From positions 248,001 through 312,000 of the forward strand of contig MU057560.1 of the NCBI GenBank assembly GCA_013265495.1: a stretch of DNA of 64,000 nucleotides, given 5' to 3'. The position numbers and the translations under genes are program-made. The notes below the pieces were generated by a model that saw nothing but the letters and a program-made list of their open reading frames with translations, had not been told where the DNA came from and did no database searches. Below, one piece after another: positions 25,575 through 38,819 of the stretch. Source of the DNA: Vicugna vicugna (Eukaryota). Position 1 is the stretch's first letter. Each line of letters starts with the position of its first letter.

Positions 25575-26344
25575 GTAGATCAGACAGGCACATAGACAGG
25601 AGTAATCCTGCCTTTGGCACAATGTGCACGTAGCTGACTTTTTATACAGTCTACTTGTGCCTAACTTATGAGAGTATTAGGAACAAAGATACTGGAAAGA
25701 ATTACAGAAGACTCATCATAAGAAGGAAGGTAAAGAAACAGACTGGGGTGGGGCAATGGGAAACAAGGTCTGATCCAGCCAAATACACCAGCAAAGGTCA
25801 CCTCCCCAGACCTAGGCGTTTCCTAGAGCCAGAAATACTTGAAGCCCCAGTTCTAAGAAGAGTGACTTCGGAGGCTGGAGTATTCCTTCCAATTACATAA
25901 CTGATTTGAATTTTGGGATTAAATTTCATATACTTACTTTTTCTTAACCACAGGGGCACTGGACAATCTCTAATGCACATTTTAGTCTATTTGTTTTAAT
26001 AATGTCGATTTGTTTTCCTTTCCTCTAGTCCCACTGACTTCCTCCCGAGTGTCTACCTTCCTCCAGCACAGCACGGAGACACCGTCCGTGAGGAGGACGA
26101 GGGGCTTCCGGAGGCGCATACGCGGGCTGACAGCTCAAGGTTCAGGGAAGGAAGAAATGTCTGCTGACGCCCACACCGAGAAACAGACGTTGGGAAAGAT
26201 TTCTGGTCTTTAGGATTTCTTGAAAAAAAGAGAAGATTTTGAATAAAGTTTCTTTAATTCTATTTCTTCTTTCCAATAACCCTCTAAAATGAAGCATAGA
26301 TATATGTATGTATCTATACACATGCAGATATATTAAAAAAAAAG

Positions 26345-26900
26345 TCCCTGAGGAAATTAAAATAATTTTGGAAAAGAAGAAAGGGTACGTTCCCTGCACA
26401 TTTTCAAATTTTATTTTAAAGCTATAATCGTCAAGATAGAGCGGTACTAGTATAAGGGCAGATGTATAGATCAATGGAGCAGAATTTGTGATGTTAATGG
26501 AAGAGAACTGAGAGTCAGAAAATGAATCCATATATTGATAGTCAATTGATTTTTGACCAAGACACCAAAGCGATCTATTAGGGAAAGAACAGACTATTCA
26601 ACATCTGGAGATGGGACAACTGGGTCTCCACGTGCCAAAGGAGGGAAGTAGACCTTCCTGTCAGCCGTGCAGATGAACCCACGACTGACCACATGATTAC
26701 ATGGAAGCACTAAAACAATGGGACTTTTGGGAAAAAAACAGGAGAAAATCTTTAAGTTGTTGGGTTCAACAAAGATTTCTTAGATGCTATCCCAAAAGCG
26801 TAGTATAAAATAAAATTAAAATTAAGATGACAAAATTTTGCGCTTCAGAAACTCAATTAGAAAAAAGATGCAAGCAGTAGACTCGGGGACATGTTTTCCC
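26345..26900 (+). mobile_element. Degenerate L1 ORF2 fragment
   Basis: AAAGCTATAATCGTCAAGATAGAGCGGTACTAG...ATAGATCAATGGAGCAGAAT...CAATTGATTTTTGACCAAG...GGGACAACTGG corresponds to the KATVIKTVWYW / IDQWNR / LIFDK motifs, with stops. Confidence 0.8.
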
Positions 26901-29481
26901 TCATGACACTGTCAGATTGTATTTTCGCCTTCTTGAAAGTACAACTTCCCTTCTCGTGCAGGTGTAATGCAGATGTTTCAGTGCAGTGTTGAGTGAACGC
27001 TCTCCAGCGCCCATTGCTTCTCGCCCCCGTTAGCCTAACCCTTCTCTCTCCTCCATCCTAGTGCTCATGACGGTGTGAGGACATCTGTTCTTGTCCCTGA
27101 TCCTTTGCTTATGCTCTTGCTTCAGTCATGAATGACTCCTATTCCTCTGCCTTTTCTGATGGATTCAAAACCAAACTAAGATGCCATCACCTGGTGAATC
27201 CCCTTTCTCCCACTCAGGAGCAGACTTTTCCTCTTATCAATGGACCCCTGGGCTTTTGCTAGTCATGGGGAATTTCTTAAACCTAGTACTGTTCTGTACT
27301 TCTTCACATACATATCTTTTTTTTTCTGATAGATTTTATGCTTTTTAGACAAGGACAATTTCACATCCAGCTCTGAATCTTCCCCAGAGCTTCACATGGA
27401 GTTTCCTACAGAAGGAATTCAGAAAAAGTCTTACCCATGGGCAGAAGAAGGAAGAGGGTTCAGAAGAAACCACGGGAGGAAATTAAGGAGAAGGGTTTAA
27501 GTTTCAAGGGGTGGCTCTAAGATGGTTGCTTAAAGGAAAGAGATGTACCTGAGAAATGGTCAGTGGGCCAAAGGGAGGTAAGTCCAGGGTTCCACACCCA
27601 GCACAGACTCCGGAGATGGTTCTGTTTGTGCAAATAGAAATTTAGGAAAAGTAAAAAAAAAATGCCTTCCAGGAAAAATGGTGCATTTAAAAATTAAATA
27701 CTATTGTTAAATGATTTCAGGACTAGCCAAGGTCCGATGCCTAGTGTGAGAAGGCACTAAGCTAGTGGCTGGGGGTGAAGATGTGGACGGGAGAATCCTC
27801 TTGGAAGGTAAAGCCTCAGTTCCACACTTTGAGTCTGTGGTAGTAAGAGCTCTGCTCTTTCCCTGGGCATCCCACTCTCAAACTTCTAAGACCTTCCTGT
27901 ATCGCCTTCATTTCTCTCGCCAGACCATACCTCATGTGTGCGTGCTCCTTCTAGTCACTTGCTTTGCACCGTATCTGAGACAACGCTCTGAGTCCCCAGG
28001 ACTTTATAAGAGGCTGGCAGACACGACGTCTGGTCTGCGCACGCCGACTTGCACAGTGTGAAGAGCTGCAGGGCTGGGGACGTGCAGAGGCCCGCTTGGC
28101 ACTGACGTCCCTCCGCTCAGTGAGACCTTGAACTACGCTCTAAAGCCCTGCGCAGCTCGGAGCACAGTCTGTTGTGAATAATGACCTGCCTTCTCTGGAG
28201 ATTGCGAGCTTCTGAAATGGAAGGATGGGGTCTAGTTCCACTTCGTGTCTCCCCGATGCCTGCACAGCCCTGGCCTACAGAACTTCCTCTCGTCAGGTGG
28301 AGAACTTGTTGGACGTGTGGGGACAGTAGGCTCATTTGTGGCTCTGAGTGATTTCCGGGTGTCTTGTCACCGCCTGGTTGTCTGATCGGTGGGCTGTGAC
28401 AAACGCAACACCACATTGTGGGTGATAGTACCCATGTCTGGTGAGATAAACACGGCTGGCTAATCAGGGCTGGGGGATAAATAACCTGTGAGGTTCACCT
28501 TAGAAAGGGGATGACTTACATACTAGAACCAATCAGCCAGGAGGACCAGATGCTGAACTAAGGGCCTGCGACGTGTTCAGGTAGATCGGTGCAGCTCACT
28601 GTCAAAAACGTGGGCTCATCTTGGAGACTTAGGTCTGAAAGTCAGCAGGGAGTTGGCAGAATCCGCCGCCACAGGAAGGGCGGATTGCCTGTTGGTGGAC
28701 ACGTCACCTAAGTATACGGAGTGGACCAGCGTGAGAAGCTATGAGACCGCCCATGTTTACAGAACCAGCAGCAGCGGAGAAAAGAAGAAACATGGATGGA
28801 GAGGTTGAGCAGACCCGGGGGGAGCTCCCAGGGGGCAAGGGCGGAGGAGGTTAGGAGCAAGCAGGATTCCAGGCAAGAGGAACGCATCACTATGCGGAGC
28901 GGAGGCCAAAAACTACCTTCGCGCTGGGAAAATCGCGTTCGGAAGGACTCGTTTGTTGTTTCTTTCTGGAAGAGGAAAGGGGAGCAGGTGTGCGATGAGT
29001 TCTCATGGTGGGAAGGAAACCTCTGTGGCCGTGATGCCTGACGGAAAGGACCGGGAAGCTCAGGCGGACACGTCCATGGCATCGGCGATAAGATGCTGGA
29101 ATGCCAAGGGCCTTGGTGAGGAGGCCTGCGGTGAGGAGAATCTGGGAAACGAGAGCCCGGGAGCACTGAGCGCATTTTAATCAGACAGGTCTGTGGGCAC
29201 CCAAAGCCGGAAGGGCAGGAAGTGTAAGGGGGTGCGGCCGGGTCAGCCCTGGGTGGCCCCGCAGGCACGTGGGAGGCAGATGGGAGCAACCCCCAAAGGC
29301 AGAAAGCAGGCCTCGTAACTAGGGATGGACTTAAAGAATTAGCACCATTGTAGAGGGAAAGGAGCGGCCTAGAGCAGGGAAGGAGCTAGAAGAGGAGACG
29401 GAGCTGAGCCAGCAGGAACGCACCGTCAGCATGAGGAGGGACAGAAGGCTGGTCACGCGTGGCTGTGAAGGGGGCAGATAT

Positions 29482-29520
29482 TGTGTGTGTGTGTGTGTGT
29501 GTGTGTACATATATATACAC
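29482..29520. repeat. (TG)n microsatellite with (TA)n end
   Basis: Directly visible. Confidence 0.92.
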
Positions 29521-32225
29521 AGCACTGGTGATTTAATTGAAATCCTCTCTTTACAAAGGGAAAAAGTGCAACGGGGATGCGGTAATTAGACAGAATGCCA
29601 CCTGCGGTCAGTGCAGGGAAAAAGAAATTAAAATAGATGAGAAAGGTGAAGGAGCAGTTTGAAAGCATAAAGGGGTAACGTAGACGCATGAGCGTGTGCA
29701 AGCCTGCAGGCTGGCTAGAAGAGCTTCAGTGGTCCCCTTGCTGGGACCCTTCCGGGCTCCGTGGGTGCCAAGTAGACGTCTCAGTGTGGAAGAGACAGAC
29801 CGACGCTGGGCTCAGATGCCGCCCGTGCCCCTCGCAGGTGTGGGAGTGAGCGTGAGGGTATCTGTAAGAAGAGGTTATAAGACAATGCAGTGATGGTCTA
29901 AAAGGCTCCACAGGGAAAAATAAGAAGACAAACCATCCTGTGGATACTGATACAATAGTTCTTGAACGAGGGTGGACGTGGAGGCGGGAAACACATCTTC
30001 ATGTCCAGGTAGTTTCAGTGTCTGCTGTTGGGAACTTGGAAATAATAAATATGCAACCGAGGGAGCATCTGCAGGTGCAGAGGCTAAAGGGCGAGGGGCG
30101 CTCTGAGCGCTAAGGGACAGGACACCTCCAGTGGCTGTTCGTCTGGAAAGTGGGCTGAGAGCTGCGAGGTGCGGCCATCCGGTGGCCGCGTGCTTTAACA
30201 CTCGGGGAACACAACCAGGGCTTCCGCGTCCCTTCACAAACCCAGGAAGCACAGAGAGGCTCCTAGAGCTGATGCCAAAGAGCATCTGGTTGGAAGGAAA
30301 GTGCTTGAACTCAAATTAACTTTGCCCGAAATATACTGTTCTCGCTGATTTCTAGAATTAGGGGAAATTCAACAATCTCGATGAGGCCGAGGGCAATTTG
30401 GATGCAAAGGAAACTTGGGAGGTGCCTGCCTTGACCTTTAAGAATAGTGCCTTTTATTATCTGCATTCATAGATGACTTTTCTATGTTCAGACAATTATG
30501 AATCCTGGCCCCAGTCTACAAGTGTGCAATAAAACAACTCGAAATATTCCTAGCTGTTTGGAAAGAACTCAAAGCGGGTAAGATGTGCTCTGTGGTTCCA
30601 TGAAGTGCCTTGAGCTTCCATGATTTTAACATTATCAGAGGCAGATACCCCATCTCTCGATTTAGCTTTTGCTGACATTACCCACCACCTCTTAGTTTTC
30701 TACAGTTTCAGTAAGTCTTCCTACTGTCAGTCTGTAAGAGTGAGCGCACACACACACAAGTGCTCAGTGAACGCAGTCTTGTGGATAAGGTTACCCGCAT
30801 TCTAGGATAAAGCCTGGAGAGTCATCCAATCCTGACTGCCATTCGATTCGCAACCTCGCCAGTGGAACAATGATTTTTAGGAGAAAGGCTGGTCCTCAGG
30901 AGTTGAGCCATGCCAATTCCGTATCTCAAGTACTAGCTCCTGGCACTGGCAGACTGAAATCCGCTAAACCGTCCTGGGCTCCACTAGCATAAAGTTCCCA
31001 AGTTGGACATGTGCCCTAGAGGCTGTTCTCTTTCTGCAGAATGAGTCGTTCCGGAGCACTTTCATCACCGTACACGTGGGGCTGAGGGGCAGAGTAGTCA
31101 CCACTGTCTCTTGTCCCCCACTGGTTGCCTCCAGGAGGAGGTAGCCCCCTCACACTCTGGCCCTGCCTGCTGGCAGGCGGTCAGAGAAGGGCAGGGCAGA
31201 CAGAGCCACGTGGGGCAGGAGCATTGCTCAGGCTGGACACTGAGTTTGCCCGGAGCTGTCCACTCTGTGTGGCTGAAGCCGGTGGGGCCTCAGGGATATT
31301 ATGCAGGACACTGAGGGGGGGTCTGCTAGAGTGCATTTGCTTTCACTTAAGTTCTCTAACATGCAGTGAGTCGTTCCTATCCACTTCTGAAGCTCTCTTT
31401 CTATTTCCTTACGAAAGTTTTCAGTTATGCCTTTGACTCGCGCCTCGTTTCTTTGTGTTCCAGCATCAGTGCAAAAGCTTCAGGTTTTAGATTAGATTTT
31501 TGGTCTCAATCTCCGAACCTGTATTTCCTCTTCACATCTTCCTCATTTTGTCTTTTTTCTTCATTTTTGAAGGGAGAGTACCAAGGTCCTCTGCATCAAT
31601 GAGTCAATTTTCTGCAGTTCCACTCTTCAGTCTCCAGTAAAGTCTTTCATTCGCATCCCTTGTTTTACGCTTTCCTCACTCACTCATCACCTTCTCTTCC
31701 TTTACATCTTACTGTGTTTCCTTTCCTTAAGGCTTTGGATTCCAGTTTCAAACAGAAGTTCTATTTTTGCCTTGTATTGAGAATGACAAACATTCTAAAA
31801 AAGGGACTGATTCCTGTAACAAATTATTTTCGTATGTATGAATCTTCTTTAGGATAGTAGGCCTCCAGGATAATATTCCTTTTCTCTTTTTTTCTGATTT
31901 TTTAAGCAAAGGAGATCTTTGCAAATTACATATTTTTGTAGGAACTAAAATGTTCACTGTACGGCTATTTAAAATAGCAAGAGACTTAGCAACAAATTCC
32001 AGTCCTACATTACAGGAATGTTTCTATGCATTATACAATTTTAACAAAATTTAATAATACATTCATAGCCCCAAATACAAAGTCTTTAAATACATGAGCC
32101 ATGTTTTTGGCTTACTGTTAAATAGAAAGAAAAAGGAAAAGGGAAATTTCATCATACGTGGAAATGCAGCAGATGAAAAAGTTTCTACTAGCTTGACAGG
32201 GAGGTGGGTGTATCCAGACCACTTC

Positions 32226-32813
32226 TTTTTTTTATTATTTTTAAAAGTTTAATTTGTTTTTTATTGAAGTATAGTCAGTTACAATGTGTCAATTTCTCAG
32301 GTACAGCATAATGTTTCAGTCATACATATACATGTATATATACACCCCTTTTCATATTCTTTTTCAGTATAGGTTACTACAAGATACTGAATATAGTTCT
32401 CTGTGCTGTACAGTAGAAACTTGTTTATCTATTATGTATATAGTAGTTAATACTTGTAAAACTTGAACTTCCAATTTATCTCTTCCCACCCTCTTTCCCG
32501 CCTGGTAACCATAAGTTTGTTTGCTATGTCTGTGAGTCTCTTTCTGTTTTGTAGATAAGTTCATTAGTGGCTACTTTTTTCTTTTTTCTTTTCGTTTCTT
32601 TTCTTTTTTTTTTTTAGATTCAACATATAAGTGATAGCATGTGTTTTTTTTTTCTTTCTCTTTCTGGTTTACTTCACTTAAAATGACGATCTCCAGATCC
32701 ACTCATGTTGCTGCAAATGGCATTATTTTATTCTGTTTTATGCCTGAGTAGTGTTCCATTGTGTGTATATATATTTATATCTTCTTTAGCCAGTCATCTG
32801 TCAATGGATATTT
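32226..32813 (-). mobile_element. Camelid/cetartiodactyl L1 3' end (truncated)
   Basis: TTATTGAAGTATAGTCAGTTACAATGTGTC...GGTAACCATAAGTTTG...CATGTTGCTGCAAATGGCATTATTT. Confidence 0.9.
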
Positions 32814-35224
32814 GAAATTCTATGATTTTAATTACTAAATGTTTCATTACTGAAAACTAGAATGAATGATAGAATAAGCATGAGAAGGTAGAATTTGGGC
32901 TGAGTCTTCAAAATTTGATAGAATTCAGACAGACAAAGCATTAAGGAAATACAATATAAGTTTGATATATGAAGTTTCAATGCAAGGTAATTTGGGTGCA
33001 GAAAATAATTAGACATGTTACTGATAGTTTATATAGTCAACACTCTATGGAAGAATTCTTAAATGTATACAAGAAAAAATTTGTATTTTCCTCTTTATAT
33101 AGTTTCTTCTATGCAGTTTCGTCAGCAGGGACAAAAAAGAAAACAGATCAATTATTATTCTTTAATTGAATTTAGTATTTAATTACTCAGTTTCCCACTG
33201 AAAATCACAATATAATGATGTCCACTTCTTTCCATAGACAATGTTTTCTTTCCTACAAGACATGTAAGTTTGATAGCTTTATAAATGGAAATACTGAGTA
33301 GGTGACCAAGACAAGTCAACGTTTGCAACATTAGTAGTTAAAGTAAAATCTCAACCCCTAGAATCACCATTATATTAGTGGTAAAACTCTTTGAAAAGAA
33401 GCGCAACTAGTTGAATGATTTCAACAATTAATGTGTACAAATAGAATTCTGAAACGAAGACCTATTCATCCTGTGTCTCCATAACTTAACAGAAATCCAT
33501 GCTTAGTAGAAATCTGTGCTCTGTGGTCAGACTTAAGAAACCAGACACCTCAAGCCTCTTTTGAATCCTTTGTCTTGTCATTTCAAAAAATAATCTGGTA
33601 ATTAACATCAAATGCATTTGAGATTCTTCCATGCTATTTGATGTATTAGTAACTTGTTTTTATTTTTGAATAGTACAAAACTGTGTGGATGTTTCACTCT
33701 TATCCTAACTCCTCAGCGGTGGTAGGTTTGAGCTGTGTGCAGCTTTTGGCAACTATGAGGAGTAGCAGGTTTTCTGTAGGCATGAGGCCAGTGCTTGCAG
33801 GAATCTGAGGATGGGCTCCTGAAAACCTGTGTCCTGGTGCCCAGCTGTCTCATCTAGCCCTGGCCTTTTTAGTGTTATTACTTCCCTGAGTGCTTTAAAA
33901 ATGTAAAATCCTTGTCAATGTTTTACTGCGAGTATTTTTAGGCATCATTTCTGAAGGAGTGCACAGAAAACCTTCGACACTGCTTCCAACCAAGCCTTAT
34001 AAATCACCTTCAATGGCAGTAAGAGGGCACTGGTTTTAAAATCACGCAGTACTTATAACCATAAAATATGCCACAGTTCCCAACCCTCACTCCCCAACCC
34101 CCACCAAGTCATATACGTGAGGACACTTTTATTTGCACAACTTGTTCTATTTAAGATTGTCTTGGAATATTTGCTTTTCTAAGAGTCCTATCTGAAACCC
34201 CATCTTTTCCTCTTCCACCCAAGAGAACACAGCAATGTAAGTCAGGGATGCTGTGAAGAATACATTTAAATGTTTTCTCATAAATTTTTTAACCATTCAT
34301 AAGCTGTTATTTAACTAGTTTCATAACGAGTGATTTTTTCGGATCCATTCACAAGTGATCAGAACACGTACTTCGAAATGATTGACACAGCCGTTCTATT
34401 GCATGTGTTGCATTAAATATTATTGCACATGCAAAGCATTACCAAAGATTTAGGATTTGCTTAGCGGTTGCAGGAAGCCCAAAGCTTTCTGCTAACAGAT
34501 GAATCATAGAGAAGATCCCACCATTTCTTGTTGAAGATGGTGCCTCCGTGTCAGTGCATCTTGGGATTTCCATGATCTGACCATAGGATGACCCCTTTTC
34601 GTGACGGAATAAGGTGGAGTAAGGTATTAAGCAAGGCCCTTCGCTCTGGAGCCATGAAAGATTGACGCGGGAAGACTGAACCTTGCTTTGTTTCCAGCGG
34701 GGCCGCCATGTGCCGTTGCTTCCCCTGGGTCTGGGTCCAGGCAGCGGTCATTCTAACCGTGTTGTCTGTTACGGCTTCTGTTTGGATGCTTCTAACAGCC
34801 CCTTTTTTTTTTTTAACTGTAAAACTGTTTATTCCTTCATTGTTGCAGTTCAAACACAAATAACAAAGCACAGACCAGACCACAGTGGCAGCCTTAGGAG
34901 CTGAGAACTGACCTTGCACAGTGGGTGCTGCCTTGCTTCCTGCACTTGGCACTTAGCATCGCATCCTTCACTGACACTGTCATTTGAATACTTTGCACCT
35001 TGAAGCTCACTAGTTGCCTATTTGTCATCTGACCTTTATCTACAACGGGCACATTGAGTTCCAGGGAAGTAGCATTGCAATTTAAACACCAGGAACGCAG
35101 GTCTAGAATTCTCTATGTAATTTTAATGTAATACTTTTCATTTCTTCGTTGCTTCAGACCCAGGAGTTTTAAAGATTTACGGCTGTCTGTTAAAGAGGTC
35201 ATGAAGTTGTCACGAGGACAAGCC

Positions 35225-35400
35225 ACATGCCAGATACTTTCCCCTCTTTTCTACTCACCCTACCTGATTAGGTCGGTAATGAAATTCTCACTTTTCAAAT
35301 AAGCTAGCCAAGGTTTAGTGAGGAAGAGACACTTGTCTAAAGTCACACCACTAACACGTGGAGGGACCAGAGTTTCAATATAAATATTACTTATGCCAAA
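35225..35400 (-). mobile_element. MIR SINE; the duplicated segment starts inside it
   Basis: TTCTCACTTTTCAAATAAG...ACTTGTCTAAAGTCACACCACTAA is antisense MIR. Confidence 0.55.
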
Positions 35401-35596
35401 TTTATGGGCTTTTTTGTTTGTTTTTGGTTTTGTTTTTACCAAATCCTCCTGCTTCTAGGACGACTGTGGGATAGAATGCTCTTCTAAAGCTACCTTTCCT
35501 TTTTGCCCCTAAGAAGATAACCAATTTTCACTTATGAAGGTTTATTCCCCTAACGTCTTACTCATTAATTAGTGGGGCAACCCAAAGAATGTAGCC

Positions 35597-35628
<32 letters not shown>

Positions 35629-38486
35629 GAACAAAAGAATGAAGCATCAGCAGAAATTAAGATGTTTTAAGAGATATTAAAAAGATGTCACCAATGCCAT
35701 GCAATGTGGGTGTGATTGCCAGTCCGTTGTCCCTGACCTTCTCTTGGGAGGCTGGCATCCTTGGAGACCTCCACCGGGCACAGTGGGGCTGGCTGGGCCC
35801 CCTGCTCTCTGGGGCCTCAGCTCCCACGCAGCCCACATACAGATGTGCAGATCTTTACACCAAACTTTTGTAAGGAATCTGATTCTCTCCCAAAGGCGAG
35901 ACCTGGGAAAAAGACAATGGAGTCCCTTTTAATCGTGTCCTGAGAATAAGTTTGTAAAATTGGTATGAGACTTTCAACAAGATACACTTGCAGGGGGTGC
36001 AGCTACAGACACTAAGCTTATGAGTCACCTCTGAGAAGCCGGGAAAGCCCTTGTGTGTGGTATGACTTCTTCTCTTTCAGCAGCCATCTCCTGTCAAAGC
36101 CCACCTGGCAATTCAAGTCCTGAATGATTAAGGACAAAGACGTACATGGCCATATTCTGTGCCTATGTACAGCCTTTGTTGATTGGAAGTCTCAATTAAT
36201 TACCAGATCAAAACTGGGCTGGGATTTGCTTTGTAAATTGCTAAACAGTTTAACTGGGAATGGAGAAACACTATATGACATTAAATGACCTTCCTAAAAG
36301 CTTATTTCTCTCCCCACTGCTCGTATTGGAATCAATTTCAGGAGTCATTCAAAATGAGCAGTTTATTAGCTTCCTAAATGCACTTACTGCATGCCAGATG
36401 TCCATCTCACACCAGTCTGCTGCCGGCTTTCAGTGACCCCCTCCATAGAGGCTACTGCCTTGGTTCCATCACCTGGGAAACTCGTGTCACAGAGCAGTGT
36501 GGTTGGCAAGCTGGGTTCCAAGGAGAAAGGTGTGGGCAAAGGGGATGATGTCACAAGGCAGGGTTCCAGTGAAAACAGAATTAAACTTGTCCAGGTTGAA
36601 TTGAGAAGCTCATTGTTTTCTCAGACCTCTGAGTGTGTTTCAGGCACTTGAAATGCCTTAGATTATATCCGAATTGATTGGAAATGAATGCGCGTCATAG
36701 CCCACAACAGTGATGGGTCACTCTACAAGCAGGCCCACGTCTTATTTTTTAAAAACATCTTATTATCCCAAAATATTCTGCATGATGGATTTTCAACTAT
36801 TTTGCTTTTTCCCTTTCACTTAAATGACGCCATCCTCCGTTCTCAGTGGCTCACTAAGAACAAAGTATAAGTCAATCATAAAATTTCTAAATTTGAACAT
36901 GGTGTATTTTGACTAAAAGGCGTGGCTTAAATAGCACTTATGAACCAAGTATCTCAACTCTTTGATTCTTTAACTAATACAGCTAGCAACCTGTTTCACA
37001 GATTTCCATAAAACAAAAAAAAAAGTGATCAGTTTTTCCTTTACGCTGTCTTTTCTATGTGCAAATAGCAACATCTCTATTGTTCAAAACAGAGTCTAAA
37101 AATTCTAATTGACAATGACATAAAAATTCCCCAAATAATTTTTAAAATATGTATGCAACAGTGTAAAGAAAACTGAAACAAGTAAAATGAATTATGGACA
37201 ATAAAATATTTATTATAAACATACATTTAAATACATTGAAAAATACGTGTAATTTTGGAGTAAATAATGAAATTCTTTATTGTACTCTATTTTGTTTTAT
37301 TTCTATGAGAAAACATGAATATTGTGAAATATGCATTTATTTTGTGGACGTACATAATAAAAGGGAGCATCAACAGAATGCGGAATGATGAACACAAACG
37401 CACCATTTAAAATATCAAGTATTGTACCTGAATGCCTTTCTGATTTCTCACAAAGACATTTGCTTTCTGTCTGTAGGGTCTACAGAGTTGTCACAGTTAA
37501 TGAGCAGTTAATGATCCTATTTTTCGTGGCTGTCGTGGGGTACAAATGAATTATATAGTGAACTGTAACAAGCACTGTTAGTTATGTCTAAATTCCATAG
37601 AGAAAGGGTTAAATTACTTTGTGGTTCCCTACACTGCCATGTGCACACAGTCAGAGTTTCTTAATGGTGATGATGAAAAACAGAGACATTATTAAGACGT
37701 GGAAATTATTCAGAATAATTTGAATATTTTAAGTTTTGTTTGTTTGTTTGTTTTGAATTGGTGTCGAAATTCAGCCTAAAACTCTAGCTGTGCTGAGACA
37801 GGTGAAAGTGGTACTGCCTTCTCTTGGGGATGTTCTAGAGCCAGGAAGAAGCATTGAGCAGAACGGTGTAGAGGAAAGAGCGGTGTAAGCCGAAAAGGCC
37901 TAGAAAAGTCTAATGTATCTCCGGGAGGCTCTGGTTACTCATGTGCAGGATAGGGGCAGTGACGGGGTCGAGATGACACAGACACAGCACATGTAAATGA
38001 CCCAGCTTTGTGCCTGGCGTCCAGCAGGTCCTCGGTAATGACAGTAACCTAGGATTTATAACTTAGGTGATCGATTTCTTGAATATATGTAAGCACATCT
38101 GACTGTCCTTTGTGATTGGATTACCATATTCTGTTGATTCTTACTTTGTGGTTGCCTTTATTCCTTTGATAACTATGAAAGTTTAAAAAGCTAAAGCTCT
38201 AATCTGTTCTTAGAAACAATGGTAAGTACATATATGTAAACTAAAAAAAATACAGTATATAAGTACATACGTGCAATATAATGTGTATGTGCAGTCAAAC
38301 TGTAATAATTCTACCTAATAAAACTGAAAAAGGAAAAAAAATTCATATCTAGGCCTCAGAAAAATCAAACATTTGTCTGCATTAGGGACTGTCAGGAAGA
38401 CTGAACTGGGGATGTTTAATATGCCAAAGCCATGGGTTTTGTAGGCATATTTATTGAATAAATGAATGATGTAAGAAATTGCAGAA
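35304..38486 (+). repeat. Copy 1 of a 3.18-kb near-identical direct repeat
   Basis: Aligns by eye end to end with 38820-42000 at about 99.4% identity; the ORF track shows the same ORFs twice. Confidence 0.97.
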
Positions 38487-38819
38487 NNNNNNNNNNNNNN
38501 NNNNNNNNNNNNNNNNNNNNNNNNNNNNNNNNNNNNNNNNNNNNNNNNNNNNNNNNNNNNNNNNNNNNNNNNNNNNNNNNNNNNNNNNNNNNNNNNNNNN
38601 NNNNNNNNNNNNNNNNNNNNNNNNNNNNNNNNNNNNNNNNNNNNNNNNNNNNNNNNNNNNNNNNNNNNNNNNNNNNNNNNNNNNNNNNNNNNNNNNNNNN
38701 NNNNNNNNNNNNNNNNNNNNNNNNNNNNNNNNNNNNNNNNNNNNNNNNNNNNNNNNNNNNNNNNNNNNNNNNNNNNNNNNNNNNNNNNNNNNNNNNNNNN
38801 NNNNNNNNNNNNNNNNNNN
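38487..38819. other. Assembly gap (333 N)
   Basis: Run of N. Confidence 0.99.

Noticed and set aside
28708..29289. Longest gap-free ORF (193 aa, minus strand)
   Set aside because: Pro/Ser-rich with no recognisable homology; lies in purine-skewed sequence that may be a decayed L2.
29596..29609. Weaker CTCF-like motif TGCCACCTGCGGTC (similar case at 4696-4708)
   Set aside because: Mismatches at conserved core positions and no clear upstream motif; expected by chance in 64 kb.
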